Shown here piece after piece: positions 1 to 10,700 of a stretch of DNA of 64,000 bases. Source of the stretch: Flavobacterium sp. (GTDB lineage Bacteria > Bacteroidota > Bacteroidia > Flavobacteriales > Flavobacteriaceae); NCBI RefSeq assembly GCF_041392005.1, contig NZ_JAWKMX010000004.1, positions 61,325 through 125,324 of the forward strand. The letters run 5' to 3'. The translations under genes and the position numbers were made by a program. Position 1 is the stretch's first letter. Each line of letters starts with the position of its first letter. The notes under the pieces were generated by a model, which did no database searches, was not told the DNA's origin, and saw only the letters and a list, made by a program, of their open reading frames with translations.

Positions 1-168
1 AAAGGAAAAGCTATTTTTATTGGTGCTTCAATTTCGCAGTTAATTATTTTTTATATCTATTATGTTGATGTTGTTAGCTTTTTATGGTTAAATTTTATTG
101 GTGCATTATTAACTATTTTGCTATCATTAGGCTTTCAATTCTTTTTAAATAAAAAATCGAATGCCTAA
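1..168 (+). CDS. 3' end of a membrane protein, probably sodium:solute symporter family (partial)
   Basis: Frame 1 is open from the window edge: KGKAIFIGASISQLIIFYIYYVDVVSFLWLNFIGALLTILLSLGFQFFLNKKSNA*, two hydrophobic helices; resembles the C-terminus of flavobacterial SSS transporters. Confidence 0.45.
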   Translation, partial: KGKAIFIGASISQLIIFYIYYVDVVSFLWLNFIGALLTILLSLGFQFFLNKKSNA

Positions 169-170
169 TT

Positions 171-716
171 TTAAATTACATTAATAGTACTCAAAAATAC
201 AGTCCAAACTTCTTTTTGTTTGGAACCAAATGTTTTTTGAACAGGTTTAAAAAAAACCTTTTGCGAACAATTTACGATTTTTACTTTTTTGTTTTGCGTA
301 ATTTTTAATTGATAATTTGTTATCCAAAAATTAAATTCTGTTGAAGGTGTATTTTGAATAGCATCAACTTCAAATGTGTAATTTTTATTGTTTATTGCGG
401 CAAGAAAATTAAGTAACAAAATAGTTTCATCTGTAGCAATTGTAAAATTTGAAAGTAAAATAGTTTCATTTTCTACCAATCGAAAAATATTTTTTTTCAC
501 TTCAATTTTTAATTCTTCCGAAGTATTTTCTTGAGAATATAGCGATAAATAATTATAAAAATCTTCTATCTTCAAATTTGCATTATTTTGATACACTTTA
601 ACCGATTCTACAGAAAAATTCGATTCTATTGCTAACAATTTTGGCGTGGCAACACTTTGCGAAAACCCAAAAAAGGAAATAAAAAAAAGTACTGTTATGT
701 AAAAGGTAAATTTCAT
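171..716 (-). CDS. hypothetical exported protein
   Basis: 181 aa ORF with N-terminal signal peptide (MKFTFYITVLFFISFFGFSQ); start overlaps the stop of the upstream gene at 716. Confidence 0.75.
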   Translation of the reverse strand: MKFTFYITVLFFISFFGFSQSVATPKLLAIESNFSVESVKVYQNNANLKIEDFYNYLSLYSQENTSEELKIEVKKNIFRLVENETILLSNFTIATDETILLLNFLAAINNKNYTFEVDAIQNTPSTEFNFWITNYQLKITQNKKVKIVNCSQKVFFKPVQKTFGSKQKEVWTVFLSTINVI

Positions 717-1615
717 TATTCTTGTTGTATTCTTATAAAGTTAATTTTCTTATTGTTAGCATATTGTATTTCCAAAACTTCCATTTTTTTAACCGAAATA
801 CTTGGTACAACTAATAATTCAGTAAATTCTTCTTTGTTAAAATATTCTGTTCCTAAATTGTTTTTTAACATTACCAAAACTTCTAAATCACTAGAAAGTA
901 TAAGTTGAAGTTGCGCTTTTCGGGTTTGCCAATCTTTTATATCGGCTTTCATAAATGCTTTTAACATCATTGCATAATCGTTAGGTTGCAATTCTATTTT
1001 AGTTGTTTCCTTGGGTTTAATTATTACTGTTTTTTCGTTGTAAAACGGACTTTTTATTTTCAGTTTTATGCTATCCGATAAAGATGTTTCTATTTTAGAA
1101 TGATTAACTTCAATTGGTATTTCTTTATTGTTTTCAATTGCAACTGCTTTTATTTGTTCATTTTCAATGGTTTTTTTTGTATAAATATCTTGAATTTCAA
1201 TATGTTGTTTTTCTTCTTTTTTAAAAAATTGAAAACCGAAAAATGAAACGAATATTAGTATAAAAAAAGCTACAATCCATTTCCAATTAAATTGTTTTTT
1301 TTTGTTTTTTTCTTCAACAACAACTTGCTTTGTATTGCGAAAAACATATTCGTCCCAACCCGAAAAACCTACAAATTGCGAAAAAATATCTAACATATCT
1401 TTTCGTGGCAACTTTTCATTCTGTTCGGGTTTTAAATGCGTGTAAATCCATTTTTCGCTTACCGTTTGCTTTACTTCAACCGCAATTAAATCAATTAAAT
1501 TTTGAATGTCTTGCGAAGTAAACGATTTCCAGTTTCCTTCAAAAAAAGGATAATGCTCTTTGTATTGCAAAAGAACATCTTTTTTTAATTGTTGAAAAAC
1601 TGATAGTACTTCCAT
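716..1615 (-). CDS. single-pass membrane protein with N-terminal helical, putative DNA-binding domain
   Basis: 299 aa; helical N-domain (..VSEKWIYTHLK..LPRKDMLDIFSQFVGFSGWDEY), one TM helix (WKWIVAFFILIFVSFFGFQFF), soluble C-domain. Confidence 0.7.
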   Translation of the reverse strand: MEVLSVFQQLKKDVLLQYKEHYPFFEGNWKSFTSQDIQNLIDLIAVEVKQTVSEKWIYTHLKPEQNEKLPRKDMLDIFSQFVGFSGWDEYVFRNTKQVVVEEKNKKKQFNWKWIVAFFILIFVSFFGFQFFKKEEKQHIEIQDIYTKKTIENEQIKAVAIENNKEIPIEVNHSKIETSLSDSIKLKIKSPFYNEKTVIIKPKETTKIELQPNDYAMMLKAFMKADIKDWQTRKAQLQLILSSDLEVLVMLKNNLGTEYFNKEEFTELLVVPSISVKKMEVLEIQYANNKKINFIRIQQE

Positions 1616-1774
1616 TTAATCGTATTCAAAAGTAACTTTTCAAATTTTATAGCTACTGTAAAACCACTGTAAAAGTAGCGAAAAATCTTTACAGTAACCA
1701 GAAAGCGGTTTTTCTAAAACTTGTAAATCGAAACGTTGTAGTATTGCTTCAAAATAATTTTAAAAACAAATAAT

Positions 1775-2677
1775 ATGAAAACAAAAACAGTAGGTATTGT
1801 AGTATTTTTATTAATTGTAACAATGCAATTACAAGCGCAAATTAGCGGTAACCAAGTGTATGGCAATCAAACCAATTATTCTGGTAACAACTACTCTGGA
1901 AATAGCAGAACCGTATCGGTAAACGACAATATACTTTCGGTTACGGTAAAAATTTTAATGAATAAAAAAGCAGATGGTTTTTCGCTAACACTAGGTCTAA
2001 ATCAGGAAGCCGAAACGGTAAATGACTGCAACACAAAAATTAATAAACGAATTGATGGTTTTTTAGCCAAAGCCAAATCGTTAGGCATAAAAAAAGACGA
2101 TTTTTATGTCGATTTTATTTCGCAAACCAAAATTTACGACTTTTCGGTTAATGAAAATACAGCCAATCAATATGAAAAAGGATTTGAAATTAAAAAGAAT
2201 ATTATTATTACCACATCAAACGCTACGAATATTGAAAAACTAATTGATATGGCTTCTGAATTTGAAATTTATGACGTAATAAAAGTTGATTATTTTAACT
2301 TTGATACCAATACTACACATTATTCGCTTTTTGATGAAGCACTTGCAATGGCCGATGTTAAAAAAGATAAGTATTTAAAAGCTTTTAAAAAAAGAATAAT
2401 AGGTACACCAAATGCTACAGAAGAATTTTCAATTGTTTTTCCGAAAACACAATACAGTACGTATCAGGCATATGAAAGTTCTGAAATTCAAGCTAGTTAT
2501 GGTTATAGAAGTGATGCCAAGTACTTAAAAAAAATAGAACGAAAAAACAAAACTTTCTATTATAATGGTGCTTCATTAACAGATTTTGATAAAGTAATTA
2601 ATCCCAATCAGGTAGAAGTTGGCATTCAATATATACTAACACTAACGGTAAGCTATAAAATTGATACTTCAATTTAG
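1775..2677 (+). CDS. SIMPL (DUF541) domain-containing exported protein
   Basis: Signal peptide; beta/alpha pattern typical of SIMPL proteins (ADGFSLTLGLNQEAET..GFEIKKNIII..LFDEALAMA..LTVSYKI). Confidence 0.7.
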   Translation: MKTKTVGIVVFLLIVTMQLQAQISGNQVYGNQTNYSGNNYSGNSRTVSVNDNILSVTVKILMNKKADGFSLTLGLNQEAETVNDCNTKINKRIDGFLAKAKSLGIKKDDFYVDFISQTKIYDFSVNENTANQYEKGFEIKKNIIITTSNATNIEKLIDMASEFEIYDVIKVDYFNFDTNTTHYSLFDEALAMADVKKDKYLKAFKKRIIGTPNATEEFSIVFPKTQYSTYQAYESSEIQASYGYRSDAKYLKKIERKNKTFYYNGASLTDFDKVINPNQVEVGIQYILTLTVSYKIDTSI

Positions 2678-2729
2678 TACAAAAAAATTATTATATTTCA
2701 ACCCTCATTTTTTTAATAAATAGTTTAAA

Positions 2730-2778
2730 TAAAAAAGCCCAGCAAAACTGGGCTTAAGGGTGAAAGACGGGTCTCGAA
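2730..2778. repeat. 49-bp direct repeat copy 1 (tRNA-His 3' end plus terminator)
   Basis: taaaaaagcccagcaaaactgggcttaagggtgaaagacgggtctcgaa is identical to 2849..2897. Confidence 0.95.
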
Positions 2779-2848
2779 TACCGACGATAAATGTCGGCAT
2801 TAATACAAACTATGTTTTTCTCAACCTAAGACCTAAATGTTTATAAAC

Positions 2849-2876
2849 TAAAAAAGCCCAGCAAAACTGGGCTTAA
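2849..2876 (-). terminator. intrinsic terminator after tRNA-His
   Basis: On the minus strand, AAGCCCAG-TTTTG-CTGGGCTT hairpin followed by a U tract. Confidence 0.8.
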
Positions 2877-2952
<76 letters not shown>

Positions 2953-3037
2953 ATTTATTATGAAAAAACGCAAAATTGCTTTTGCGAGTGCAAATATAGT
3001 GTAATTCTTTTTTTGCACAAACAAAAAATAACAAATT

Positions 3038-3757
3038 TTATTTTAAATCTGCTAAACTATTGACAGCCAAACACCTTTCTACCGTAAAACCTTCGGCATA
3101 CTCTACCCCTACTATTCTTCCTAAATCGCGAGCACGATACGTTATGCTGTCTAAAAAATTTTGTGTAGCAATTGGTGTAACAGGTTCATCAGAATTTTTA
3201 TCGAAAAATTGTGAACTATATGCTAAAACCGATTCTGTTTTTTTATCCATAAATTCCGAAATATCAACCACAAAATCGGGCTCTATATTTTTCCATTGAA
3301 TATAATGATACACTTGTTTTGGTCGCCACGCTTCTTGTATTTTTCCGTTTAGTTTGGTTTCTATTTTTAATAAACCCGATAAAAAACAAGCATCGCTTAC
3401 TAATTTACTTCCTTTTCCATGATCTATATGGCGGTCGTCTATAGCGTTACACAAAACAATTTCGGGTTTATACTTTCGTATCATTTTTATAATTTCAAGT
3501 TGGTGTTTATCATCATTTACAAAAAAGCCATCTCGAAAATGTAAATTTTCACGAACCAAAACACCTAAAATTTTTGCGGCTTTGGCGGCTTCATTATCTC
3601 TAATTTCTGCTGAACCCCGAGTTCCTAATTCGCCCCGAGTTAAATCGACTATTCCTACTTTTTTGCCTAACGAAATCTCTTTCGAAAGTGTGCCGCTACA
3701 ACCTAACTCTACATCGTCTGGATGTGCACCAAATGCTAGTATATCTAATGTTATCAT
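3038..3757 (-). CDS. bshB1: bacillithiol biosynthesis deacetylase BshB1 (PIG-L family)
   Basis: LDILAFGAHPDDVELGCSGT, DLTRGELGTRG, DRHIDHG and YAEGF motifs. Confidence 0.92.
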   Translation of the reverse strand: MITLDILAFGAHPDDVELGCSGTLSKEISLGKKVGIVDLTRGELGTRGSAEIRDNEAAKAAKILGVLVRENLHFRDGFFVNDDKHQLEIIKMIRKYKPEIVLCNAIDDRHIDHGKGSKLVSDACFLSGLLKIETKLNGKIQEAWRPKQVYHYIQWKNIEPDFVVDISEFMDKKTESVLAYSSQFFDKNSDEPVTPIATQNFLDSITYRARDLGRIVGVEYAEGFTVERCLAVNSLADLK

Positions 3758-4806
3758 AATACTTTTTTAATTGTTTCCGATTTGTTTACCGTTTCAAAAA
3801 ATTCGTTTTCGGCAATACTATCGGCAGTTATTCCACCGCCAACATAAATATTGGCAACTGAATTTTCAACTTTCATACACCTCAAATTTACAAATAAATC
3901 GGAATTATTGGTTGAATTATTATTTGATGAAAAATTTAATTCGCCCAAAAATCCTGCATAAAATTCTCGATTATAGCCTTCATTTTGTATGATAAAATCT
4001 TTTGCTATTTCTTTTGGAAAACCACAAACCGCAGGTGTTGGATGCAAGGCTTCAATTATATTTTTTAACTGATTTTTATATGTTAAAATTGCTGAAATAT
4101 CGGTTTTTATATGCAATAAAGTTCCAGCTTTATATGTGTAAGGCTTTGTAATAGTTAAATTCTCAACAAATTTTGATACATTTTTTACAATAAAATCTGT
4201 TACCAATTGTTGTTCTATTTGTTCTTTCTTGCCCCAATTTTCAGCAGTTTCACTTGCTTTTTTGGTTCCAGCAAGCGCTACTGTTTTTACAAAATTATCT
4301 TCAACTTTTAGTAATTGCTCTGGTGTTGCCCCTAACCACATTCCTATTTTTGGATGGTAAAAACAATAACAAAATGCTGTAGGGTATAATGCAAGTAACT
4401 TTTTAAAAGTGGCTAATTCTGAAAAATGTAACAGTGCTACTTCTTCTCTTCTTGATGTTACTACTTTTTGGCAATTTCCTTGTTTTATAAAACCAACTGT
4501 TTTAGTAACCAATTGTTCATAACTAATTTTGGTTTCAATTGAAAAATGATGCGTAATTGTTTTGGTTTCTGGTGGAAAACTTGATTTTTTTTCAGTTATA
4601 ATTTCAGATTGTGCAATAGGTAAAAACACTTTTTCTTCGGTAGTAAAGGAAACAAATGCAAAGCCTTTTTCAGCATAATCATTAAGTAAATACAAATTAG
4701 CATTTTTTTGAAAAATTCCAATTACTTCATCGGTATTGGGTTTACAGTACAAAACAAACGGGAGTGCTGCTTTGCAATGATTTTTGGCTTTTTCAAACAA
4801 ACTCAT
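3754..4806 (-). CDS. menF: isochorismate synthase (chorismate-binding), menaquinone pathway
   Basis: WLGATPEQLL, TVALAGT, LHPTPAVCGFP, NREFYAGFLG, VNLRCM, YVGGGIT motifs. Confidence 0.85.
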   Translation of the reverse strand: MSLFEKAKNHCKAALPFVLYCKPNTDEVIGIFQKNANLYLLNDYAEKGFAFVSFTTEEKVFLPIAQSEIITEKKSSFPPETKTITHHFSIETKISYEQLVTKTVGFIKQGNCQKVVTSRREEVALLHFSELATFKKLLALYPTAFCYCFYHPKIGMWLGATPEQLLKVEDNFVKTVALAGTKKASETAENWGKKEQIEQQLVTDFIVKNVSKFVENLTITKPYTYKAGTLLHIKTDISAILTYKNQLKNIIEALHPTPAVCGFPKEIAKDFIIQNEGYNREFYAGFLGELNFSSNNNSTNNSDLFVNLRCMKVENSVANIYVGGGITADSIAENEFFETVNKSETIKKVL

Positions 4807-4807
4807 A

Positions 4808-5230
4808 TTATCTTTTTCTAGGCAATACCATATTGGTTAATTTACATAGCGAAATTAAATTATTTTCCTCATCTACAATTTTTATTTCCCATAAGTGTAA
4901 ACTTCTTCCTTTATGAATAATACGTGCCGTTGCAAAAACAACTCCTTCGCGCTTGCTTTTTAAATGATTGGCACTAATTTCTATACCTCTAACTTCTTGT
5001 TTTTCTGGGTTAACAAACATAATAGAAGCAGCACTTCCTACGCTTTCGGCAAGTGCTACGGTAGCACCGCCGTGCAATAAACCCATAGGTTGATGCACTT
5101 TTGAGTTTACAGGCATTTTAGCTGTTAAAAAATCTTCTCCAGCATCTATGTATTCTATTTCTAAAGTTTCCATTAAGGTATTTTTAGAAAGTTGGGTACA
5201 CAATGCTAGTACTTTATCTTTGTTGAACAT
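4808..5230 (-). CDS. PaaI/hotdog thioesterase, probable DHNA-CoA hydrolase (MenI-like)
   Basis: VHQPMGLLHGGATVALAESVGS, GIEISANHL; directly upstream of menF. Confidence 0.85.
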   Translation of the reverse strand: MFNKDKVLALCTQLSKNTLMETLEIEYIDAGEDFLTAKMPVNSKVHQPMGLLHGGATVALAESVGSAASIMFVNPEKQEVRGIEISANHLKSKREGVVFATARIIHKGRSLHLWEIKIVDEENNLISLCKLTNMVLPRKR

Positions 5231-5346
5231 ACTGTATATTTTTTTTCAAAAATAAAACTAAATTTTGGTTTGCGAAACAAACTAAGTAGTAGTAAATTTT
5301 CGTTATGTTAAAAATAGTAGTATTTTTACCCTAAAATGAAAGCAAA

Positions 5347-6906
5347 ATGAAATCGTATATAGTGGCTTTTATAGCTGTTTTTATCATAATATTAACTTCT
5401 TGTCGAAATGATTTTGAATTTGAATCGAGTGTAGGAAATTTAGGTTTTTCTAAAGACACCATTTATCTCGATACTGTTTTTACCAATATTAGCTCTAGCA
5501 CTTACACTTTAAAAGTTTATAATAAATCTGATAAAGATATTGCTATTCCTAAAATTCGTTTAAAAAATGGCGACACTACAAAATATCGTTTAATGGTTGA
5601 TGGTATGGCGGGAACAACATTCGATAATGTTGAACTATTAGCAAAAGATAGTATGTTTGTAATGATTTCGGTTACTGCCGAAGTTGCCGATGCAAATCCG
5701 TCTGACTTTTTATACACCGATCAATTGTTATTTGGCGACGAAGGAAATTTTCAAAAAGTGGAATTGGTAACGCTTATACAAGATGCTTATTTTATTTACC
5801 CACAACGAACACAAAACTCGGATAATAGCTACACTTACGAAGAAATTAATTTAGGAACTGATGAAAACGGAAATCCTATAACTATTCGTGGAATGGAACT
5901 AGACGAAAATGATGCTATAAATGGAAACGAACTTATTTGGAATAATACCAAACCTTATGTTATTTATGGTTATGCGGTTGTTCCACCAACCAAAACTTTA
6001 ACTGTAGAAGCAGGTGCAAGAATTCATTTTCATGCCGAATCGGGTTTAATTGTAGCCAATAATGCTTCGCTTCAAGTAAATGGTAGTTCTTCTTCAACGG
6101 AAGATTTAGAAAATGAAGTTATTTTTGAAGGCGACCGGCTTGAACCTGATTTTGCTGATGTAGCTGGGCAATGGGGAACTATTTGGTTAACGAAAGGTAG
6201 TCATTCTAATATATTAAACAATTTAACTATAAAAAATGCCGTTATTGGTTTGTATGTAAACGGAAACGACGAAACCAATTCGGTTACTACAAGTTTACAC
6301 AACGTTCAAGTTTACAATTGCTCAAATATTGGTATTTATGCCACTACAGCTTATATGCAAGGTGAAAATGTAGTGATCAACAACTGCGGCCAAGCAGCTT
6401 TTATGGGAAGCTTTGGTGGAAGCTACGAGTTTACACATTGTACATTTGCAAATTATTGGGGTTCGCCTACGCAATATTGCGTAGTACTCGATGATTATGA
6501 TGGAAGTATGGAATATACTTTAGTACAAGCTAATTTTAAAAACTGTATTATTTATGGTTCGCCTAATATTTCATTAAATATTCTACAAGAAGGTACTGAT
6601 GCTAATTTTAATTATCAATTTGAAAATTGTTTACTAAAATTTATAGACACTTCAAATCAATTAAGTGCATTACCGCAATATAATTTTGCCGGTTCACATT
6701 ATACCAATTGTATAGTTGCTGAAAGCTATAATAATAATTTACCCGATTTTAAAAACCCAAATAATAACGAATTAATAATTGGTGAAGATTCTGCTGCAAA
6801 AGGAGCAGCAAATTTTACATATTCTGCAGGAAGTTTTGATATTTTAAATAACAGTAGAACAAATCCTTCAGATATCGGCGCTTATAATTTTATTATATTT
6901 GAATAA
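5347..6906 (+). CDS. lipoprotein with Ig-like N-region and right-handed beta-helix
   Basis: Lipobox LTSC; repeated short beta-helix-like motifs (NLTIKNAVIG, NVQVYNCSNIG, FTHCTFAN, FKNCIIYG); C-terminal DIGAY. Confidence 0.75.
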   Translation: MKSYIVAFIAVFIIILTSCRNDFEFESSVGNLGFSKDTIYLDTVFTNISSSTYTLKVYNKSDKDIAIPKIRLKNGDTTKYRLMVDGMAGTTFDNVELLAKDSMFVMISVTAEVADANPSDFLYTDQLLFGDEGNFQKVELVTLIQDAYFIYPQRTQNSDNSYTYEEINLGTDENGNPITIRGMELDENDAINGNELIWNNTKPYVIYGYAVVPPTKTLTVEAGARIHFHAESGLIVANNASLQVNGSSSSTEDLENEVIFEGDRLEPDFADVAGQWGTIWLTKGSHSNILNNLTIKNAVIGLYVNGNDETNSVTTSLHNVQVYNCSNIGIYATTAYMQGENVVINNCGQAAFMGSFGGSYEFTHCTFANYWGSPTQYCVVLDDYDGSMEYTLVQANFKNCIIYGSPNISLNILQEGTDANFNYQFENCLLKFIDTSNQLSALPQYNFAGSHYTNCIVAESYNNNLPDFKNPNNNELIIGEDSAAKGAANFTYSAGSFDILNNSRTNPSDIGAYNFIIFE

Positions 6907-6923
6907 ATTTTAAAACTAAACTA

Positions 6924-7577
6924 ATGAAAAAAATTTTTATTCCAATTGCTGCATTAGCAATAACTGTGATTTCTTGTAAAAAAGAAGAAGCAAAAACCGA
7001 AGCTACACCAGAAGCTACAAAACCTGAAACTGAAGTTGCTGATGCTGTAACTGAAATTCCAGACTCAACTACAATTACAAATGCTTGGACGGCATATATG
7101 ACACCTTCAAAAGCACATGAAATGTTAGCTAAAGATACAGGAAAATGGACTGCCGATATGAAATTTTGGAATTCATATACGCCTGATGCGCCTGCAGAAA
7201 CTATGCAATCAACTGCAGAATACAAAATGATTTTAGATGGACGCTACCAAGAAGGTGTTTATAAAGGCGAAATGTGGGGCATGCCATTTGAAGGTAGAAG
7301 TACTACTGCTTTTGACAATGCTAGCCAACAATATATTTCAACTTGGATAGATAATATGGGAACTGGTTTAATGGTAATGCGTGGCACTTATGATGAAAAC
7401 TCAAAAGCTATAACATTAACTGGTAGTATGATGGATCCAGTTACTAAAAAAGAAAAAAATCAAAAAGAAGTGCTTACTTATATTGATGAAAATACTCAAA
7501 AAATGGAAATGTACGATGTAAATGCCGATGGCACTGAATTTAAAACTATGGAAATTATTTCTAAAAGAGTGAAATAA
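6924..7577 (+). CDS. DUF1579 family lipoprotein
   Basis: Lipobox VISC; ILDGRY, MPFEG, YISTWIDNMGTG motifs. Confidence 0.8.
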   Translation: MKKIFIPIAALAITVISCKKEEAKTEATPEATKPETEVADAVTEIPDSTTITNAWTAYMTPSKAHEMLAKDTGKWTADMKFWNSYTPDAPAETMQSTAEYKMILDGRYQEGVYKGEMWGMPFEGRSTTAFDNASQQYISTWIDNMGTGLMVMRGTYDENSKAITLTGSMMDPVTKKEKNQKEVLTYIDENTQKMEMYDVNADGTEFKTMEIISKRVK

Positions 7578-7594
7578 TTTTCTTATATCATTAT

Positions 7595-7627
7595 AAAAAT
7601 AGCTATTCAATTGAGTAGCTATTTTTT
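7595..7627 (+). terminator. intrinsic terminator
   Basis: aaaaatagcta-ttcaattgag-tagctattttttt hairpin with U tract. Confidence 0.75.
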
Positions 7628-7672
7628 TATAACTTTTTAACTTTCAAACTTTCGCCTTTCAACTTTTTAAAA

Positions 7673-7680
7673 TAAATTTG
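7673..7680 (+). promoter_or_regulatory. Bacteroidota -7 promoter box for purL
   Basis: TAAATTTG matches the TAnnTTTG consensus about 30 nt upstream of the ATG. Confidence 0.6.
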
Positions 7681-7712
7681 CACAATCAACAACACACTAA
7701 CTTTTATATACA

Positions 7713-10700
7713 ATGATTCATTTCTTCGGAAACCAATCCAACACTGTTTATGCGGTACAAACGCAAAACAATTTATCGAATGAAGATAGCAACAAATTAA
7801 ACTGGTTATTCAACTCACAACAGAATAACATTTATACCAAAATAAATTCTACTGAGGCATCGTTAGATGCTTTTTTTGTTGGCCCAAGAGCCGCAATGGT
7901 TACGCCTTGGAGTACAAATGCCGTAGAAATTACTCAAAATATGGGAATTTCTGGGATAATTCGAATTGAAGAATTTCATATAGTAAAAGAAGATTTTACT
8001 GATTTCGATCCGATGATTTCTCAAAAATATTCGCAACTAAATCAAAATATTTTTACAATAAATGTTCAACCAGAAGCAATTTTAGAAATAGATGATATAG
8101 CTGCCTATAATAACCAAGAAGGATTAGCTTTAAGCGAAGAAGAAGTTGATTATTTATATAATTTATCAAAAAAAATAGAAAGAAAATTAACCGATTCTGA
8201 AATATTTGCTTTCTCTCAAGCCAATTCTGAACATTGTCGTCATAAAATTTTCAACGGAACATTTATTATTGATGGTGAAGAAAAACCTTCTTCTTTATTC
8301 AAATTAATTAAAAAAACATCTGAAACAAATCCCAATGAAATTGTTTCAGCTTATAAAGACAATGTAGCGTTTATAAAAGGACCAAAAGCAACTCAATTTG
8401 CTCCTAAAAGTGCAGACAAACCTGATTTCTACCAAGAAACAACATTTGATTCTGTACTTTCATTAAAAGCAGAAACACACAACTTTCCAACAACTGTTGA
8501 ACCATTTAATGGTGCTGCAACAGGTTCAGGTGGAGAAATTCGTGACCGTTTGGCAGGTGGACAAGGTTCATTGCCGTTAGCTGGAACAGCCGTTTACATG
8601 ACATCATATTCTCGATTGGAAGAAACACGTCCTTGGGAAAAGGGTATGGATGAAAGAAAATGGTTGTACCAAACTCCTATGGATATCTTAATCAAAGCGT
8701 CAAATGGTGCTTCTGATTTTGGAAATAAATTTGGGCAACCTTTAATTGCTGGTTCAGTTTTAACTTTTGAACATGAAGAAGAAAATCGTAAAATTGGTTA
8801 CGATAAAGTAATCATGCAAGCGGGAGGAATTGGATACGGAAAATTAGATCAAGCCATTAAAAAAGAGCCAAAATCTGGCGATAAAATCGTTATTTTAGGT
8901 GGTGAAAATTATAGAATTGGAATGGGCGGTGCTGCCGTTTCATCTGCTGATACGGGTGCATTTGGTTCTGGAATTGAGCTAAATGCTATTCAACGTTCCA
9001 ATCCTGAAATGCAAAAACGAGCTGCAAACGCCATTCGTGGATTAGTGGAAAGCGAAAATAATCCAATCGTTTCTATTCACGATCACGGTGCCGGTGGACA
9101 TTTAAATTGTTTGTCGGAACTTGTTGAAAATACAGGTGGTTTAATCGATTTAGATAAATTACCCATTGGCGATCCGACCTTATCTGCTAAAGAAATAATA
9201 GGTAACGAATCGCAGGAACGAATGGGATTGGTTATCGGTAATAATGACCTTGATACCTTACAAAAAATTGCTGAAAGAGAACGTGCACCAATGTATACCG
9301 TTGGAAATGTTACTAATGATCATCGATTTACATTCGAATCAAAAACTACGGGTGAAAAACCAATGGATTATGCTTTGGAAGATTTCTTCGGTAGTTCACC
9401 TAAAACCATTATGAACGATAAAAATATAGTTCATAATTATGCTAGTCCCGATTATACTATTTCAGAAATTCCAAATTATTTAAATCAAGTTTTACAATTA
9501 GAGGCTGTAGCTTGTAAAGATTGGTTAACCAATAAAGTTGACCGTTGTGTTGGAGGGCGTGTAGCAAAACAACAATGTGCGGGTCCTTTACAATTACCTT
9601 TAAACAATGTGGGTGTGATGGCATTAGATTTTAAAGGAAAAGAAGGCATCGCTACTTCAATTGGGCACTCCCCTATTTCAGCTTTGGTTGACCCTATAGC
9701 TGGTTCAAGAAATTCAATTGGAGAAGCTTTATCAAATTTAGTTTGGGCACCTTTAAAAAATGGATTACAATCGGTTTCATTGTCTGCAAACTGGATGTGG
9801 CCTTGTAAAAATGAAGGCGAAGATGCACGTTTATACGATGCTGTACAAGGTTGCTCCGATTTTGCAATTGAATTAGGAATCAATATCCCAACGGGTAAAG
9901 ATTCGTTATCTATGAAACAAAAATATCCTAATGATGAAGTTATTGCACCAGGAACTGTAATAATATCAGCCATAGGAAATTGCTCTAATATTACAAAAGT
10001 AGTTGAGCCTGTTTTACAAAGAAATGGAGGCAATATTTATTATTTGAATTTATCGCAAGATACCTTTAAATTAGGAGGAAGTTCATTTTATCAAATTCTA
10101 AATAAAGTTGGTTCGGAAGTGCCAACTATTAAAAATGCTGATTATTTTAAAAAGGCATTCAATACGTTACAATTATTAATTAAAGAAAGAAAAATTAATG
10201 CTGGACACGATATTGGAAGTGGCGGTTTAATTACTACTTTATTAGAAATGTCTTTTGCTGAAGTAGGTGTTGGAGCTAATTACGATTTATCTATTTTAGG
10301 CGAATCAGATTCTGTAAAAGCGTTATTTAATGAAAATATTGCAGTTGTTTTTCAAGCGGATAATGAAGTTGAAGCGACTTTCAAAGCCAACGGAATTGAA
10401 ATTTTCAATATTGGTTCAGTTGTAGAAGGTGATTTCGTTTCTATCAATAACGGAAAAGATTACTTCAATTTTTCTATTGCTGAAACCAGAGATATTTGGT
10501 ACAAAACGTCCTATTTATTAGATCAAAAACAATCAAAAAATGGAATGGCTGAGGCGCGTTATGCAAATTACAAAAACCAACCATTACACTTTACATTTCC
10601 AAATAATTTTGATGGAAAAAAACCTGAAATTCCTGCAGGAACTCAACCAAAAGCTGCAATTATTAGAGAAAAAGGAAGTAATTCCGAACGTGAAATGGCA

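Noticed and set aside
7578-7712. Purine or ZTP riboswitch upstream of purL
   Set aside because: The -7 box is only about 30 nt from the ATG, leaving no room, and no aptamer consensus was seen.
9485-10033. 182-aa antisense ORF inside purL, and the many other 60-120 aa overlapping ORFs in the track
   Set aside because: Shadow ORFs opposite or overlapping well-conserved genes; no motifs or own promoters, and expected from codon bias.
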